Assembly (NCBI GenBank): GCA_021106765.1
Contig: JAIOTO010000108.1
Span: 1 to 24,669 of the forward strand
Direction of reading: 5' to 3'
Length of the DNA stretch: 24,669 nucleotides
From: Methanosarcinaceae archaeon
Lineage (GTDB): Archaea; Halobacteriota; Methanosarcinia; Methanosarcinales; Methanosarcinaceae
A program made the position numbers and the translations under genes. The notes below the pieces were generated by a model that saw only the letters and a program-made list of their open reading frames with translations, did not search any database and had not been told where the DNA came from. Below, one piece after another: positions 1-10,959 of the stretch. Every line of letters starts with the position of its first letter. Position 1 is the first letter of the stretch.

Positions 1-555
1 ACTCTTCAAAAGAGTCTTTGCACATTTAGTTGGTTAATTCTTTGTAGTTATACACTACCGATCAGAATTAACCGAACTGCCAAATCCAACGTCAGACCGA
101 AAAAGCTCCGGTCTCCATTAAAGGTATGATCAACAAATGATCAATTATTTTCCCGTGCAAATCACGGGAATACTACAACATACTCATTGCATATATACCT
201 ATTGAAAGGCACATACATGAATGAACATATTCTCTTCAGACGGGAGACACTGCACAATAAACATATTGTCCCATTCGTCTTGCGAGGACTCTACATACTC
301 ACACTTACATATATAGATTTCGTATTGAAATTCATTTCGATGACCATTGGTCCAGCACCATCACACCAAAAGTTCCAAACAAGTATACACATATTACAGC
401 ACTGAAGACTGATCAGACAATAGAGATACGCAATCTTTAACAATACATATCACCTTAGGGAACATACTCCATAATTCATGGTCACCTTAACACTTGACCT
501 CTCCGAAATGGGGCAAATCGAATTTTGCCAGAATGACCACATGAAAGGGTAAAAT

Positions 556-1344
556 ATGACGAGGACTATTGATAAGAGTTTGAAGCACATCGACAACAAA
601 ATTAATCAAATGCGTACCAAGAACAAAGATTCAGACCATTTTAAAGTAAAAGATAACGTATTCGATGAAGCAACACTTAATGCACTCCACAAGCTTTTTA
701 GAAAAAGATATATCGAAGCACTTGGCGGTCCCATCAGCACTGGTAAAGAGGCCAATGTCTTCCTCGCCGAAGGAGAGGACAAAGAGCTTGCGATCAAGAT
801 ATACCGTATATCATCAAGTACCTTCAGAGCAATGGAAGACTACATACTGGGTGATCCACGTTTCTCGAACATTCGAAATGCAAAAAAAGACATAATCTTT
901 GCATGGACGAAAAAGGAATACAGAAATCTGATACGCGCAAAAGAAGCAGGAATACGCGTACCAGAACCAATGATCACCGAGCGGAACATACTGGTAATGG
1001 AATTCATGGGAGATGACGGGAAAGCATATCCATTACTCAAATACGTATCCTTCGACATAGAAGATGGACAACGGATATATCATACAGTAACGAAATACAT
1101 GCGGATGTTATATCAAAAAGCAAAGCTTGTTCACGGAGATCTGAGCGAGTACAACATCATGATAGACACCCACGATCTGAGTCCGATCATCATCGATGTA
1201 GGCCAGGCCGTAACTCTCGAACACCCGCGAGCAGACTACTTTTTGAGGCGAGATGTTGAGAACATTATACGATACTTTAAACGATATAAGATCAATACAT
1301 CGCCAGAAGAGTTATACACATACATAATAAACAGTTCAGAATGA
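556..1344 (+). CDS. rio1: RIO-type serine/threonine protein kinase, Rio1-like (262 aa)
   Basis: The ORF carries the ISTGKEANVF nucleotide-binding motif and the HGDLSEYNI catalytic-loop motif typical of RIO kinases. Its length fits Rio1 and it lacks the N-terminal winged-helix domain of Rio2. A KH/Dim2-like gene follows it, which is the conserved archaeal pairing. Confidence 0.88.
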   Translation: MTRTIDKSLKHIDNKINQMRTKNKDSDHFKVKDNVFDEATLNALHKLFRKRYIEALGGPISTGKEANVFLAEGEDKELAIKIYRISSSTFRAMEDYILGDPRFSNIRNAKKDIIFAWTKKEYRNLIRAKEAGIRVPEPMITERNILVMEFMGDDGKAYPLLKYVSFDIEDGQRIYHTVTKYMRMLYQKAKLVHGDLSEYNIMIDTHDLSPIIIDVGQAVTLEHPRADYFLRRDVENIIRYFKRYKINTSPEELYTYIINSSE

Positions 1345-1409
1345 ATTGGATCTGACTGACAGACTAAAATAACGAATAATTAATACCAGGATCTCAAGGT
1401 GAATAAAAC

Positions 1410-1946
1410 ATGACCTACATAAAAGTACCACAGGACAGAATAGGTGCAATAATCGGACCCAAAGGCCGTATCAAACAGATCATTGAAGAAAAGACAGCAT
1501 CCACACTCCAGATCGATGGCGAAACCGGCGTGGTGGAGGTAATCCCCGGCGATAAACCCGTCGAAGCAATGCGAGCACTTGACGTAGTCAAGGCCATTGC
1601 CCGCGGATTTAACCCTGACAAGACACTCAGTCTGTTAGACGATGATATGCTCATGCTCGATGTGATAGATCTCTCAAAATATGCGACTACCCAAAAAGAA
1701 ATGATACGTCTGAAAGGAAGGATCATAGGGAAAAAAGGAAAGACCAGAGAGATCGCTGAACGTCTGATAGGGGTTAAGATCTCCATCTACGGCAAGACTA
1801 TCAGCATCATTGGCCATCCCGAGCAAAACCAGATAATGCGGACTGCATTTGAGATGCTGATCAGCGGAGCCAACCACGGCTCAGTCTACAGTTTCCTGGA
1901 AAAGAAACACCAGGACCTCATACGATCTCAACTAGACTCATATTGA
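1410..1946 (+). CDS. KH-domain RNA-binding protein, archaeal Dim2/Pno1-like, with two KH GxxG motifs (178 aa)
   Basis: The two motifs are IIGPKGRIKQII and RIIGKKGKTREIAE. A strong SD (AGGTGA) lies 8 nt upstream of the ATG. The gene sits immediately downstream of rio1, the known conserved archaeal synteny. Confidence 0.82.
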   Translation: MTYIKVPQDRIGAIIGPKGRIKQIIEEKTASTLQIDGETGVVEVIPGDKPVEAMRALDVVKAIARGFNPDKTLSLLDDDMLMLDVIDLSKYATTQKEMIRLKGRIIGKKGKTREIAERLIGVKISIYGKTISIIGHPEQNQIMRTAFEMLISGANHGSVYSFLEKKHQDLIRSQLDSY

Positions 1947-2155
1947 AAATTGTGTATCGTTCTACAGAAGATAAATGAATATTTCGGTGACTATTTCAAA
2001 TGGAAGATCGGATGAACATTGTAGAAGGATGCATAATATGAACGACATACATACTACAATAATATACAGTTTTTCGGTATTCAAATGACCGAACACATTA
2101 AAATGATATCTATCTATCTGCCCCTTGTTCAATAAAGAAATAAGGAGAACACGAT

Positions 2156-2971
2156 ATGGCCCAAGCATCTATCTTATCCTATAACATACCCCTTACAGAC
2201 ATTGGCATCACCGACCTCATAGCTGCACTGCTGGTCGTGGTGATCGGCTATCTCATATCTGGCGTACTTTCCCGGATGTTCAGGGAGGGATTGAGCAAAA
2301 CCGAGCTACCAGTACTGGTAGCCGAATTCCTTACACGTTTCTTCTCTGCAATGCTGTACGTAGCCATCTTTCTCATAGCAGTATCCACACTGGACTTCGA
2401 CATCAGTTCAGTGGTCGTCGGCCTCTCCGCAGTCATTGGCCTGATACTGGGTTTCGGAATGCAGGATACATTAACAAACCTTGCTTCAGGCGTATGGATC
2501 GCAACCCTACGCCCTATTGATAAGGACGAGTACGTAAAGATCAATGACATATCCGGTACAGTATCGTCCGTCGGGATCATGGCAACCGAGCTGCTAACAC
2601 CGGACAACCAGCTGGTCACCATCCCGAACAAGCTTATCTGGAATGAACCCATCATCAATGCCACACGGATGCCCACACGACGAGTCAGTGTTGACGTTGG
2701 CATCAGCTATAGTGCAGATTTGGAGACTGCCATCAAGATTGCCCTTGACCTCATGAACAAACATCCACTAATACTGAATGACCCCGCTCCAGCAGTAGTG
2801 ACCACGGAACTTGCCACCTCATCCGTGAACCTGCAATTAAGGGCCTGGACAGATACCGAGGACTTCTGGACTGTTAAATTCAACATGACCAACGGCATTC
2901 TCAATATATACAAAGATAATGGAATAGAGATACCATTCCCACAGATGGATGTCCACATGGACAGATCGTGA
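2156..2971 (+). CDS. MscS-family small-conductance mechanosensitive channel (271 aa)
   Basis: Three N-terminal transmembrane helices are followed by a beta-rich cytoplasmic domain with MscS-like motifs such as LASGVWIATLRPIDKDEYVKI and GTVSSVGIMATELLT. An SD (GGAG) precedes the start. Confidence 0.78.
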   Translation: MAQASILSYNIPLTDIGITDLIAALLVVVIGYLISGVLSRMFREGLSKTELPVLVAEFLTRFFSAMLYVAIFLIAVSTLDFDISSVVVGLSAVIGLILGFGMQDTLTNLASGVWIATLRPIDKDEYVKINDISGTVSSVGIMATELLTPDNQLVTIPNKLIWNEPIINATRMPTRRVSVDVGISYSADLETAIKIALDLMNKHPLILNDPAPAVVTTELATSSVNLQLRAWTDTEDFWTVKFNMTNGILNIYKDNGIEIPFPQMDVHMDRS

Positions 2972-3013
2972 TCGGAGTAAGAGCAAAATAGAGGCATCAG
3001 ATCGATTGTAAAG

Positions 3014-3085
3014 AGCCGCCGGAGAGATTCGAACTCTCGACCTACTGATTACGAATCAGTCGCTATACCACTAAGCCACGGCGGC
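3014..3085 (-). tRNA. tRNA-Thr, anticodon CGU (72 nt, CCA not encoded)
   Basis: The reverse complement folds by hand into a cloverleaf. The acceptor stem is GCCGCCG/CGGCGGC, with U8 and a GCUU D-stem. The anticodon stem is ACUGA/UCAGU with loop UUCGUAA, giving U33, anticodon CGU and A37. The T-arm is GAGAG-UUCGAAU-CUCUC and the discriminator is U. Confidence 0.8.
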
Positions 3086-3134
3086 ACCGGATGTATTCTA
3101 ATACAGATATTATGATTTAACCGTTTCGCTCCGA

Positions 3135-4148
3135 TCAATCGATTTTTACATCGATGCACACATTATACTGATGAGGTGCATATGACCGGACCGTGCGAGT
3201 ATTGAGCACCTTGATAGTGCGCCCGACCCTGTGAGCAGCCTCATGTATCAATTTGATGGAACTCTCGAACAGATCGTCCTCAGGCGTCATTGCATAATAA
3301 TGAATGACACCATCATGTCTGACCATCGTGATTGCAGCATCCAGGAACTCATAGGCACTGTGAGGCAGGTTCATGATCACATGATCTGCCACGCCTTCCT
3401 TGTCACGAGCCACATCGTTCGCGTCACCCTCGATCACCTCTACATTTTCCACCGAGTTCATATCGACATTCTTTCTCAAAAAACGAACCGCATCCGGATT
3501 TTTATCAATAGCAATAAGATTATGACATTTGCGGGCAGCCGGGATAGTGTAGGGACCCACACCCGCAAACATATCCACCACCACTGATCCGGGTTCCAAT
3601 TGCGCCACGATGCGCTGCCTTTCCGTTGAGAGACGGGGAGTGAAATATGCACGAGCAAGGTCCACCATATATCGGCAACCATGGTCCTTGTGAATGGTCT
3701 CGGTCCGATCCTCCCCCGCAAGCACACGGAACTGACGCGTGCGGAATTCGCCTTCGACGGCAGATGTGGCACCCAGTACCGTCTTTATGTGAGGATGAAA
3801 ATCGATCAGTGTCTGGGCGATCCTTTCTGCATGTGGCTCATCGGCTTCGATGATGGCGATAGCACCCACCACCTCATAATGTGGTGTGAATCCAAGAACA
3901 TCATCCAGTTTGAGCTGCTGCTCCTGCTGGCAGAACTCGTGCCCTATCACTCTGGCATTGCCAGGCAGAACAGCCAGATAGTCAGCAGGCAGTTCCCCCA
4001 ATAGCGGAAAATAAAGAAAATCATTATCTGAGGCGATCCTGGCAGAATGATCAATAAGTCCCAGCTCCATAAGAGCCCTGCGGGCCGGTTCTCCACTCTT
4101 TTTTGCAACCCTCACGCATAACTGTTCCATAGGCACATCACCACACAA
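3135..4148 (-). CDS. trm5: Class I SAM-dependent tRNA methyltransferase of the Trm5/Taw2 family (tRNA m1G37 methyltransferase-like, 337 aa)
   Basis: The VVDMFAGVGPYTIPAA SAM-binding motif and the IMNLP motif are hallmarks of the Trm5/TYW2 family. The start is uncertain: MEQ at 4130 is an alternative. The ORF overlaps the upstream gene end by 11 nt. Confidence 0.72.
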   Translation of the reverse strand: MCGDVPMEQLCVRVAKKSGEPARRALMELGLIDHSARIASDNDFLYFPLLGELPADYLAVLPGNARVIGHEFCQQEQQLKLDDVLGFTPHYEVVGAIAIIEADEPHAERIAQTLIDFHPHIKTVLGATSAVEGEFRTRQFRVLAGEDRTETIHKDHGCRYMVDLARAYFTPRLSTERQRIVAQLEPGSVVVDMFAGVGPYTIPAARKCHNLIAIDKNPDAVRFLRKNVDMNSVENVEVIEGDANDVARDKEGVADHVIMNLPHSAYEFLDAAITMVRHDGVIHYYAMTPEDDLFESSIKLIHEAAHRVGRTIKVLNTRTVRSYAPHQYNVCIDVKID

Positions 4149-4749
4149 TGAACCAGGCGCCGAAACCGATCAGGAAGACACCACATGAAAACAAGACCTT
4201 TTGGTACATGCCTGCAGACATCAACCCTCTGCCACGGCTAAAAGAAGCAGATACTGCAGTGAACCAACCAATGTCCGCCAACCAGTGCCCTATCATGAAG
4301 AACACTACTGTCAGTATTCCTGCTTCAAGTCCCTTTAGCACAAGGGCGCTGCCTGCAGCCATCCACCATACCCAGAAATAAGGGTTGGACGCCGAAGATA
4401 AAAAACCTGCATACACCGGATTAGTGATCACTTCATTATGAGTATGCAGCTCATCGCATGCACCCCTTGCCTGTTTGACCGTCAGGACACCGAACACTAT
4501 GAGAACAGAGCCGCCCACAATAGAGATCACAGACATCTCCCGTTCGCCTATGAACGATGTCATACCATAAATGATCAACAAGCATACCAGAAATTCGATC
4601 ATGGCATGTCCGAGGAATACCTGCGGACCAGCGATCCATCCCCTCTTCAGGGAACTATCTATGGTCACAAAGAGCATTGGGCCTGGCACCAGTGCACCGG
4701 TCAGGCCCACTACAAAGCCTATTAACAGCATATCCAGGATTTCGAACAT
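4138..4749 (-). CDS. LysE/RhtB-type amino-acid exporter family membrane protein (203 aa)
   Basis: Six predicted TM helices and an N-terminal GxxxGxxxxPGP motif (VGLTGALVPGPML) characteristic of the LysE translocator family. An NPY motif is also present. Confidence 0.68.
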   Translation of the reverse strand: MFEILDMLLIGFVVGLTGALVPGPMLFVTIDSSLKRGWIAGPQVFLGHAMIEFLVCLLIIYGMTSFIGEREMSVISIVGGSVLIVFGVLTVKQARGACDELHTHNEVITNPVYAGFLSSASNPYFWVWWMAAGSALVLKGLEAGILTVVFFMIGHWLADIGWFTAVSASFSRGRGLMSAGMYQKVLFSCGVFLIGFGAWFIVW

Positions 4750-4760
4750 GGATCAGAAAA

Positions 4761-4778
4761 TGATATAATTAAAAAAAA
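4761..4778 (-). promoter_or_regulatory. AT-rich element: a T8 run on the minus strand (likely tfb terminator) overlapping a TATA-like box (TTTTTTAATTATAT) about 25 nt upstream of the LysE-type gene start
   Basis: An A8 run sits at 4771-4778 on the plus strand, 65 nt downstream of the tfb stop on the minus strand. The TATA-like box is too close to the ATG at 4749 to leave a leader, which suggests a leaderless transcript. Confidence 0.4.
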
Positions 4779-4842
4779 TGAAAGAGAGCAGAACATGTCC
4801 ATCATGATCGTTCTGCGGTCCTCCGAACACATTAATACCAGA

Positions 4843-5865
4843 TCAAAGTATGATCTCGATATCCAGTTCCTCTGCCAATTCCTTATAGCGGTTCCGGATG
4901 GTAACCTCGGTCACGCCGGCAACATCCGCCACCTCACGCTGGGTCCTGCGCTCACCGCACAGGATAGACGCGATATAGATCGCAGCGGCGGCCACACCGG
5001 TTGGACCTCGACCACTGGTCAGCTCCTTCTCGGATGCCTGACGCAGGATCTCTACGCCTCTGGACTGCACCTCTCCTTTAAGGTTCAGACCCGAACAGAA
5101 CCTTGGAACATAATCGATAGGGGATGTTGGCATCAGTTTCAGCGACAGCTCACGGGAAATGAAACGATAGGTACGTCCGATCTCCTTTCGACTGACCCTT
5201 GAAACCTCACCGACCTCATCCAGTGTTCTGGGTACACTGCACTGGCGACATGCTGCATACAACGCTGCGGCAGCCACACCTTCAATACTCCTTCCACGTA
5301 TCAGGTTCTTGTCAACGGCCTTTCGATAGACCACAGCAGCAGTCTCACGTACAGTACGCGGCAGACCAAGAGCTGAGGCCATCCTGTCCAGTTCGGACAG
5401 TGCGAACGCCAGGTTCCTCTCCGTAGCATTGCTTACACGGATACGACGCTGCCATTTTCTCAATCGGTATAATTGTGCACGATTCTTGGAGGATATGGAC
5501 TTCCCATAGGAATCCCTGTTCCTCCAGTCGATCATTGTGGAAAGACCTTTGTCGTGGATGGTATAGGTCATCGGAGCACCGACACGAGAACGCTTCATGC
5601 GCTGATCGTGATCGAATGCACGCCACTCAGGCCCCTCGTCGACAAAGTCCGCATCAACAACAAGTCCACAGTTACTGCACACAAGCTCAGCTCGTTCATA
5701 ATCCCGGTCCAGATTACGACTTCCGCACTCCGGACATTCCATTACTGTCTCCACTACTTCAGCACTCTTTTCCTTCTGATTACGCGCCTTGATCATAGCA
5801 CGCATTTTGTCTCGCTCTGAAGTATCAGAATAGCGTACTCTTTCAACTTCTACCATTTTTATCAA
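4843..5865 (-). CDS. tfb: Transcription initiation factor IIB (TFB) (340 aa)
   Basis: An N-terminal zinc ribbon (CPECGSRNL...CSNCGLV) is followed by two cyclin-fold repeats with typical TFB motifs ([18 protein letters not shown] and [16 protein letters not shown]). The adjacent gar1 matches the conserved gar1-tfb archaeal arrangement. Confidence 0.95.
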   Translation of the reverse strand: MIKMVEVERVRYSDTSERDKMRAMIKARNQKEKSAEVVETVMECPECGSRNLDRDYERAELVCSNCGLVVDADFVDEGPEWRAFDHDQRMKRSRVGAPMTYTIHDKGLSTMIDWRNRDSYGKSISSKNRAQLYRLRKWQRRIRVSNATERNLAFALSELDRMASALGLPRTVRETAAVVYRKAVDKNLIRGRSIEGVAAAALYAACRQCSVPRTLDEVGEVSRVSRKEIGRTYRFISRELSLKLMPTSPIDYVPRFCSGLNLKGEVQSRGVEILRQASEKELTSGRGPTGVAAAAIYIASILCGERRTQREVADVAGVTEVTIRNRYKELAEELDIEIIL

Positions 5866-5960
5866 TACCTCTGTTTTATTAGATGAAGATTATAAATATT
5901 TCACAAAAAGCAACAATATATTGCAACTACGCCATTAATATCGATAAGCAACACACTCAA

Positions 5961-6218
5961 TTATCGAATGTAAACTTTTTCTTTGACATAGGACCTTAGC
6001 TCATGAGCAGACATATCATTAAATGCTCTGACCGCAATATATGGACGGTCGACAGGTCCCATAATAGCAGCGACTTTACCAATTGTCGTTACCGTTTTGC
6101 TTACAACGGCCGAATTGAGGGATGGCATGTCTCCAATGGATCTGATTGACGTAGCGTCCCCCCTGACAATTAGTTTCTTGCTTCCTGACACCGTTAATAC
6201 TGTCCCGAGCCTTTTCAT
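5961..6218 (-). CDS. gar1: H/ACA ribonucleoprotein complex subunit Gar1 (85 aa)
   Basis: A small beta-barrel protein (MKRLGTVLTVSGSKKLIVRG...GKVAAIMGPVDRPYIAVRAF) with the typical archaeal Gar1 sequence pattern. It lies directly upstream of tfb on the same strand. Confidence 0.8.
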   Translation of the reverse strand: MKRLGTVLTVSGSKKLIVRGDATSIRSIGDMPSLNSAVVSKTVTTIGKVAAIMGPVDRPYIAVRAFNDMSAHELRSYVKEKVYIR

Positions 6219-6456
6219 AGATCATCCCATTTGCAACATATAAGTCGTTTTGAAACTATTTATAGATATAATCAGTACTATATAAGTATATCGCAATCTC
6301 TTTAATAGTCAGCTCATAATATATACATTTATAAAATATATTAAAACGTATATACTAAAATAGAGTTCATACCCGGTACCAAAATATCCATTAAGTCGGC
6401 AAACTTAAAATAAAATAAACTCTTTGAAGCACCGAGTACTAATATGAACCTGTTCC

Positions 6457-9129
6457 ATGGGAGGATATTTCGTGGTTGATAAACAATTCGTCTACCATTT
6501 TGGAAATAATGAAACTGAAGGGAAAAGCAGTATGAAAAATCTGCTTGGGAGTAAAGGTGCAAACCTGGCAGAGATGGCAAATATTGGAATTCCTGTGCCA
6601 TCAGGATTTACAATAACTACTGAGGTCTGTGTTCTATACCTGGAAAACAATCAATATCCTTCGGGGTTAATGGAACAGATCGATAGGTCAATCCAAAAAC
6701 TCGAGAAAGAGGATAGCAAGATATTCGGGGATCCTGAGAATCCACTCCTATTATCAGTGAGATCAGGTGCCCGGATATCCATGCCAGGAATGATGGATAC
6801 CGTTCTAAACCTCGGCCTTAACGATGAATCCGTGGCTGGACTTGCCACTCGGACAGGGAACGAACGTTTTGCATATGACAGTTACAGACGCTTCCTCACA
6901 ATGTTCGCTGACGTTGTGCTTGGTATAGAGTATAATGAGTTCGAATCTCTTATTGATGAGAAGAAAAAGGAACTTGGTATCACGCTGGACACTGAGCTTG
7001 ATATTGATGCACTGAAAGATCTGACCGAGAAATTCAAGAAATTGATCGAGAAGCACACTGGTGAACCATTCCCCCAGGACGCAAGGAAACAACTCCAGAT
7101 GTCCATCAATGCCGTGTTCAGTTCCTGGAACAACCAGCGTGCCATCAAATATCGCAAGATCAACAAGATCCCGGGCGAGTGGGGTACCGGTGTAAATATC
7201 CAGAGCATGGTCTATGGTAACATGGGCAACAATTCCGGGACAGGTGTGGCGTTCACACGCGACCCTGCCACCGGAGAGAAAAGATTCTTCGGGGAATACC
7301 TGATCAATGCACAGGGAGAGGATGTTGTAGCAGGTATCAGGACACCTAAACCGATTGATGATCTGAAGAATAACATGCCCGAAATATATGGTCAACTTGA
7401 AGACATCCAACATAAACTAGAAGAACATTACAGGGACATGCAGGATATCGAGTTCACTATCCAGGAAGGCAAATTGTACATGCTTCAGACCAGGACAGGT
7501 AAACGAACAGCCATATCAGCCATCCGTATCGCCACAGAAATGGTAGAAGAGGGCCTTATCGACAAAAAGACCGCCCTGATGCGTGTGGACCCTGATCAGA
7601 TCGATAAACTCCTGCACCCAATGATCGATCCCGATATCTCACTTGATGTGGTAGCAACTGGTCTGCCCGCCTCACCGGGAGCCGCAGTGGGTAAGATCGT
7701 ATTCACGGCAGAGGATGCTGAAGAGAAGGTAAAGGACGGCATCAAGACAATCCTAGTGCGGACGGAAACGTCCCCCGAGGACATCGGTGGCATGAACGCA
7801 GCCGAAGGTGTGCTCACGGTCCGTGGTGGAATGACCTCGCATGCAGCCGTCGTTGCGCGTGGTATGGGAAAACCCTGTGTTGCAGGCTGCGGTGACATAA
7901 CAATCGACATGAACCAGGGAATCCTCACCGTCAAGGATATCAAAATAAAAGAAGGAGACTTCATTACCATCGACGGCAGTACCGGTAATGTCATCATAGG
8001 AAAAGTAGAACTCGTCGAGCCTGGTGTGACAGATGATATGGATGACATACTAAAATGGGCCGATGAGGTGCGCACCCTGAAGATCCGGGCCAATGCCGAT
8101 ACGCCACACGATGCAACGGCTGCCAGAGACTTCGGTGCCGAAGGGATCGGATTGTGCCGGACGGAGCACATGTTCTTTGGAGAGGACCGTATTCCTGCTG
8201 TGCGAGAGATGATAATGGCAAAGGATACCGCAGCACGTAAGGCGGCTCTGGATAAACTCCTGCCCATGCAAAGAGAGGATTTCATTGGCATATTCCGTGC
8301 CATGGAAGGCCATCCAGTGACAATCAGACTCCTTGACCCACCACTGCACGAATTCCTGCCAAAACACATGGAACTCACCAAAACGATCAGGGAACTAAAA
8401 GCGAACAATGCATCCCAGGATGATATCGATGAGGTCAGGAAAGTGATCGATCGGGTGGAATCCCTTAGCGAAATAAACCCAATGCTCGGGCACAGAGGCT
8501 GTCGTCTTGGCATAACCTATCCTGAGATCTACGAGATGCAGGTACGTGCCATTATCGAAGCTGCCTGTGAGCTCAATCTCGAGGGTATGAACATCGAACC
8601 CGAGATCATGATCCCCCTGGTAAGTCATACCAACGAATTCGAGGTAGTCAAAAATGACCTGATACCTGTTGCGAAAACAGTCATGAAGGAAAAGAATGTG
8701 GAACTGGAATATCATGTAGGTACAATGATAGAACTACCACGTGCCGCACTTACAGCTGACCAGATAGCAATCGAGGCAGAGTTCTTCTCATTTGGCACCA
8801 ATGATCTGACACAGACAACCTTTGGATTCAGTCGGGATGATGCTGGCACATTCCTGCCATATTATAACGAGGAGGATATCCTTGAGAACGATCCGTTCGC
8901 AGTCCTTGACCAGGAAGGTGTAGGGCAACTGATAAAGATCGGTATAGAAAAAGGAAGATCCACAAGACCCGATCTTAAGATCGGACTCTGTGGTGAACAC
9001 GGTGGAGAACCAAGATCGATCAAGTTCGGCCATAATATTGGACTGGACTATGTCAGTTGTTCACCATTCCGTGTACCGATCGCACGACTGGCTGCAGCAC
9101 ATGCTGTCCTGGAAAATGAAGAAAAATAA
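6457..9129 (+). CDS. ppdK: Pyruvate, phosphate dikinase (890 aa)
   Basis: Full-length PPDK. The N-terminal ATP-grasp region carries [11 protein letters not shown] and [10 protein letters not shown]. The central phosphohistidine domain carries [19 protein letters not shown]. The C-terminal PEP-utilising TIM barrel carries CRTEHMFF and NDLTQ. The exact start is uncertain within the first ~25 codons. Confidence 0.95.
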   Translation: MGGYFVVDKQFVYHFGNNETEGKSSMKNLLGSKGANLAEMANIGIPVPSGFTITTEVCVLYLENNQYPSGLMEQIDRSIQKLEKEDSKIFGDPENPLLLSVRSGARISMPGMMDTVLNLGLNDESVAGLATRTGNERFAYDSYRRFLTMFADVVLGIEYNEFESLIDEKKKELGITLDTELDIDALKDLTEKFKKLIEKHTGEPFPQDARKQLQMSINAVFSSWNNQRAIKYRKINKIPGEWGTGVNIQSMVYGNMGNNSGTGVAFTRDPATGEKRFFGEYLINAQGEDVVAGIRTPKPIDDLKNNMPEIYGQLEDIQHKLEEHYRDMQDIEFTIQEGKLYMLQTRTGKRTAISAIRIATEMVEEGLIDKKTALMRVDPDQIDKLLHPMIDPDISLDVVATGLPASPGAAVGKIVFTAEDAEEKVKDGIKTILVRTETSPEDIGGMNAAEGVLTVRGGMTSHAAVVARGMGKPCVAGCGDITIDMNQGILTVKDIKIKEGDFITIDGSTGNVIIGKVELVEPGVTDDMDDILKWADEVRTLKIRANADTPHDATAARDFGAEGIGLCRTEHMFFGEDRIPAVREMIMAKDTAARKAALDKLLPMQREDFIGIFRAMEGHPVTIRLLDPPLHEFLPKHMELTKTIRELKANNASQDDIDEVRKVIDRVESLSEINPMLGHRGCRLGITYPEIYEMQVRAIIEAACELNLEGMNIEPEIMIPLVSHTNEFEVVKNDLIPVAKTVMKEKNVELEYHVGTMIELPRAALTADQIAIEAEFFSFGTNDLTQTTFGFSRDDAGTFLPYYNEEDILENDPFAVLDQEGVGQLIKIGIEKGRSTRPDLKIGLCGEHGGEPRSIKFGHNIGLDYVSCSPFRVPIARLAAAHAVLENEEK

Positions 9130-9158
9130 GTTGCGACGAAAGGTAATAAATATAGAAC

Positions 9159-9209
9159 AATGTCTGTGATCGTCCTTATGGACAATCACACGACATTCTG
9201 ATTTTTTTT
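9159..9209 (+). terminator. Hairpin plus U8 tract terminating ppdK
   Basis: An imperfect inverted repeat (AATGTCTGTGAT ... ATCACACGACATT, 9159-9197) is followed by CTGA and TTTTTTTT at 9202-9209, about 70 nt after the ppdK stop. Confidence 0.55.
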
Positions 9210-9290
9210 ATACTGCTATATTTGATCAATCCCGGATTTGACAGTCTGATCTTGATGGAACATGAGCATCTTCATGTAAAAAAACACCCT

Positions 9291-10199
9291 TCACTCAGGG
9301 ATCTGCAGTTTTCCGAAATTCTCTTCGAATCGTGACTCCATTATTTCCCATGTTGGCAGATCGGTCTGGCAACCGATGGTCTCCACTGCAAAAGAGGCGA
9401 CAGTAGAACCAATATTACCGCAGACATCCAGAGAATAACCCTTTGTGTAAGCCAGCAGGAAACCTGCCCGATAGGCATCGCCTGCACCGGTTGGGTCCAG
9501 GGCATCAACAACGATCGCAGGAATGAAATATTCATTGTCAGCCGTATGTATCCTGCTCCCTTCTGCATCATAGGTAACCACAATAACATCGATATCATCT
9601 TTAAGATCCGAAAACGATCTGCCTGTCATCTTACATACACGCTTGATCTCATGTCGGTTTGTGAAGAGGATGTCAGTATTATCCAGTATCGTCTCAAGAT
9701 CTTCAAGCGGGTATGTCACCAGATCCTGCCCGGGATCAAAAGAGACGAAACCTGCTTTCTTCGCAATCCGCGCATTGAAACTGGATTCCGAGGTTGCCAG
9801 ATGCACAAAATCCACTGTGGGAGGTTCAAGCTCCTGCAGGTGTGCAGAAGATCCCCAGTAAAAATATGTCGCTTGATTGTGTTGTCCATCAGTGTACACA
9901 AAAGCTTTGGTACTCTTTTCGCCCTCAAGTCGGTACAGCAAGGACAGGTCCACACCCATTGAGATCAGATGATCTTCATAGCCGGAAGTGGAAAGATCAT
10001 CCCCAACTGCAGATATGAGCTGTGCATCCCCGCCAAGTACCGCTATCGCAACTGCGATGTTCGCAGCTCCTCCACCAAAATGTACCTCATAATCGACAAT
10101 GGGATATGACTCATGTGGCCCGGCCACCCCCTCTACATCAAAGAGATAGTCCAGTGCCGCATGCCCTACAACAGAGATTACGCTGTTCATACCGATCAA
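9291..10199 (-). CDS. PfkB-family carbohydrate/nucleoside kinase (ribokinase-like fold, 302 aa)
   Basis: An N-terminal GG motif ([14 protein letters not shown]) and the C-terminal PfkB signature ([14 protein letters not shown]) are both present. Substrate specificity cannot be read from the sequence. Confidence 0.85.
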   Translation of the reverse strand: MIGMNSVISVVGHAALDYLFDVEGVAGPHESYPIVDYEVHFGGGAANIAVAIAVLGGDAQLISAVGDDLSTSGYEDHLISMGVDLSLLYRLEGEKSTKAFVYTDGQHNQATYFYWGSSAHLQELEPPTVDFVHLATSESSFNARIAKKAGFVSFDPGQDLVTYPLEDLETILDNTDILFTNRHEIKRVCKMTGRSFSDLKDDIDVIVVTYDAEGSRIHTADNEYFIPAIVVDALDPTGAGDAYRAGFLLAYTKGYSLDVCGNIGSTVASFAVETIGCQTDLPTWEIMESRFEENFGKLQIPE

Positions 10200-10552
10200 C
10201 CTGATCGATCCTTATCGAACTCCTCGACCTCAATGACCTTCAGTGGAACATCACGCATTGCCTTGCCCACAACGGACTTTCCGATCCGTGATGCATGTTC
10301 TTCACTCTCCGCATCGAATACCTTCATATCAAGTACAAGTCCAACAATCGCAGTATTGGCTGCCAGGAACACACTGCTGAATGGTTCTTTGCAAGCAGGA
10401 CATAACGTCATTCCCACTTCCACTTCCACAAAATCAAGTTTAGGGTTCAGACGCTTACCCGCTTCCGAGATCGCAACGCCTATAGCATCATCTGCAGTTT
10501 GTATATCCCTAACCAACCAAGCCGCTTCAAGGGTAACATTGTAATTCGACAT
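10196..10552 (-). CDS. Conserved archaeal protein of the UPF0212/DUF555 type (118 aa) with a CPAC...C metal-binding motif
   Basis: The sequence ([40 protein letters not shown]...CPACKEP) matches my memory of the UPF0212 family of methanogens. A 4-bp ATGA overlap with the PfkB gene implies co-transcription. Confidence 0.65.
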   Translation of the reverse strand: MSNYNVTLEAAWLVRDIQTADDAIGVAISEAGKRLNPKLDFVEVEVGMTLCPACKEPFSSVFLAANTAIVGLVLDMKVFDAESEEHASRIGKSVVGKAMRDVPLKVIEVEEFDKDRSG

Positions 10553-10641
10553 ATCTCTTTCTCCGTGTTTATCTCTTCACTGATTCATTATTTATCTTTA
10601 CGATCATGTAATACTATCAAATTGCTAAATTATTAAATTGC

Positions 10642-10923
10642 TTATATCGTGAACAGTATTTCATCGTCAACATCAAAAACACCAAGTTTTGCCCCTGCAT
10701 CAAGCCAGGCATGACCATAACTGAAACATACCAGTGCATTTACAGGGTCCCCGGACTCAACAAAATACGTACCATCCTCATAGTATGACCGGGCCATATT
10801 CTCGAAATCCTCTGCCACAGAACGCATATGTGAACCCTGGATAGGGCCTATGTCAGCTTTTTCGAGGGCTTCTTTCAGCAACCTCTCATACCTCTCAACC
10901 TTTTCATTTATATCTGCTGCCAA
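10642..10923 (-). CDS. Small conserved archaeal protein, DUF357-like (93 aa)
   Basis: The family-typical YGHAWLDAG motif is present. A 36-nt gap to the upstream HerA-like gene suggests co-transcription. Confidence 0.6.
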   Translation of the reverse strand: MAADINEKVERYERLLKEALEKADIGPIQGSHMRSVAEDFENMARSYYEDGTYFVESGDPVNALVCFSYGHAWLDAGAKLGVFDVDDEILFTI

Positions 10924-10959
10924 TTCTCAACACCATATATATGTTACTACTTAAGAACG

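Noticed and set aside
187-405. 72-aa ORF in the 5' intergenic region
   Set aside because: It has an odd composition, no SD, no recognisable motif, and lies in an AT-rich spacer. It is most likely spurious.
7596-8513. 305-aa minus-strand ORF inside ppdK
   Set aside because: It is antisense to a confidently identified PPDK gene, and its Ser/Arg-rich low-complexity translation is typical of an antisense artefact.
9159-9201. Possible C/D-box sRNA (GUGAUCG ... CUGA) after ppdK
   Set aside because: The box order and stem topology do not fit a C/D RNA: the stem half precedes CUGA and no D'/C' pair is present. A terminator hairpin explains it better.
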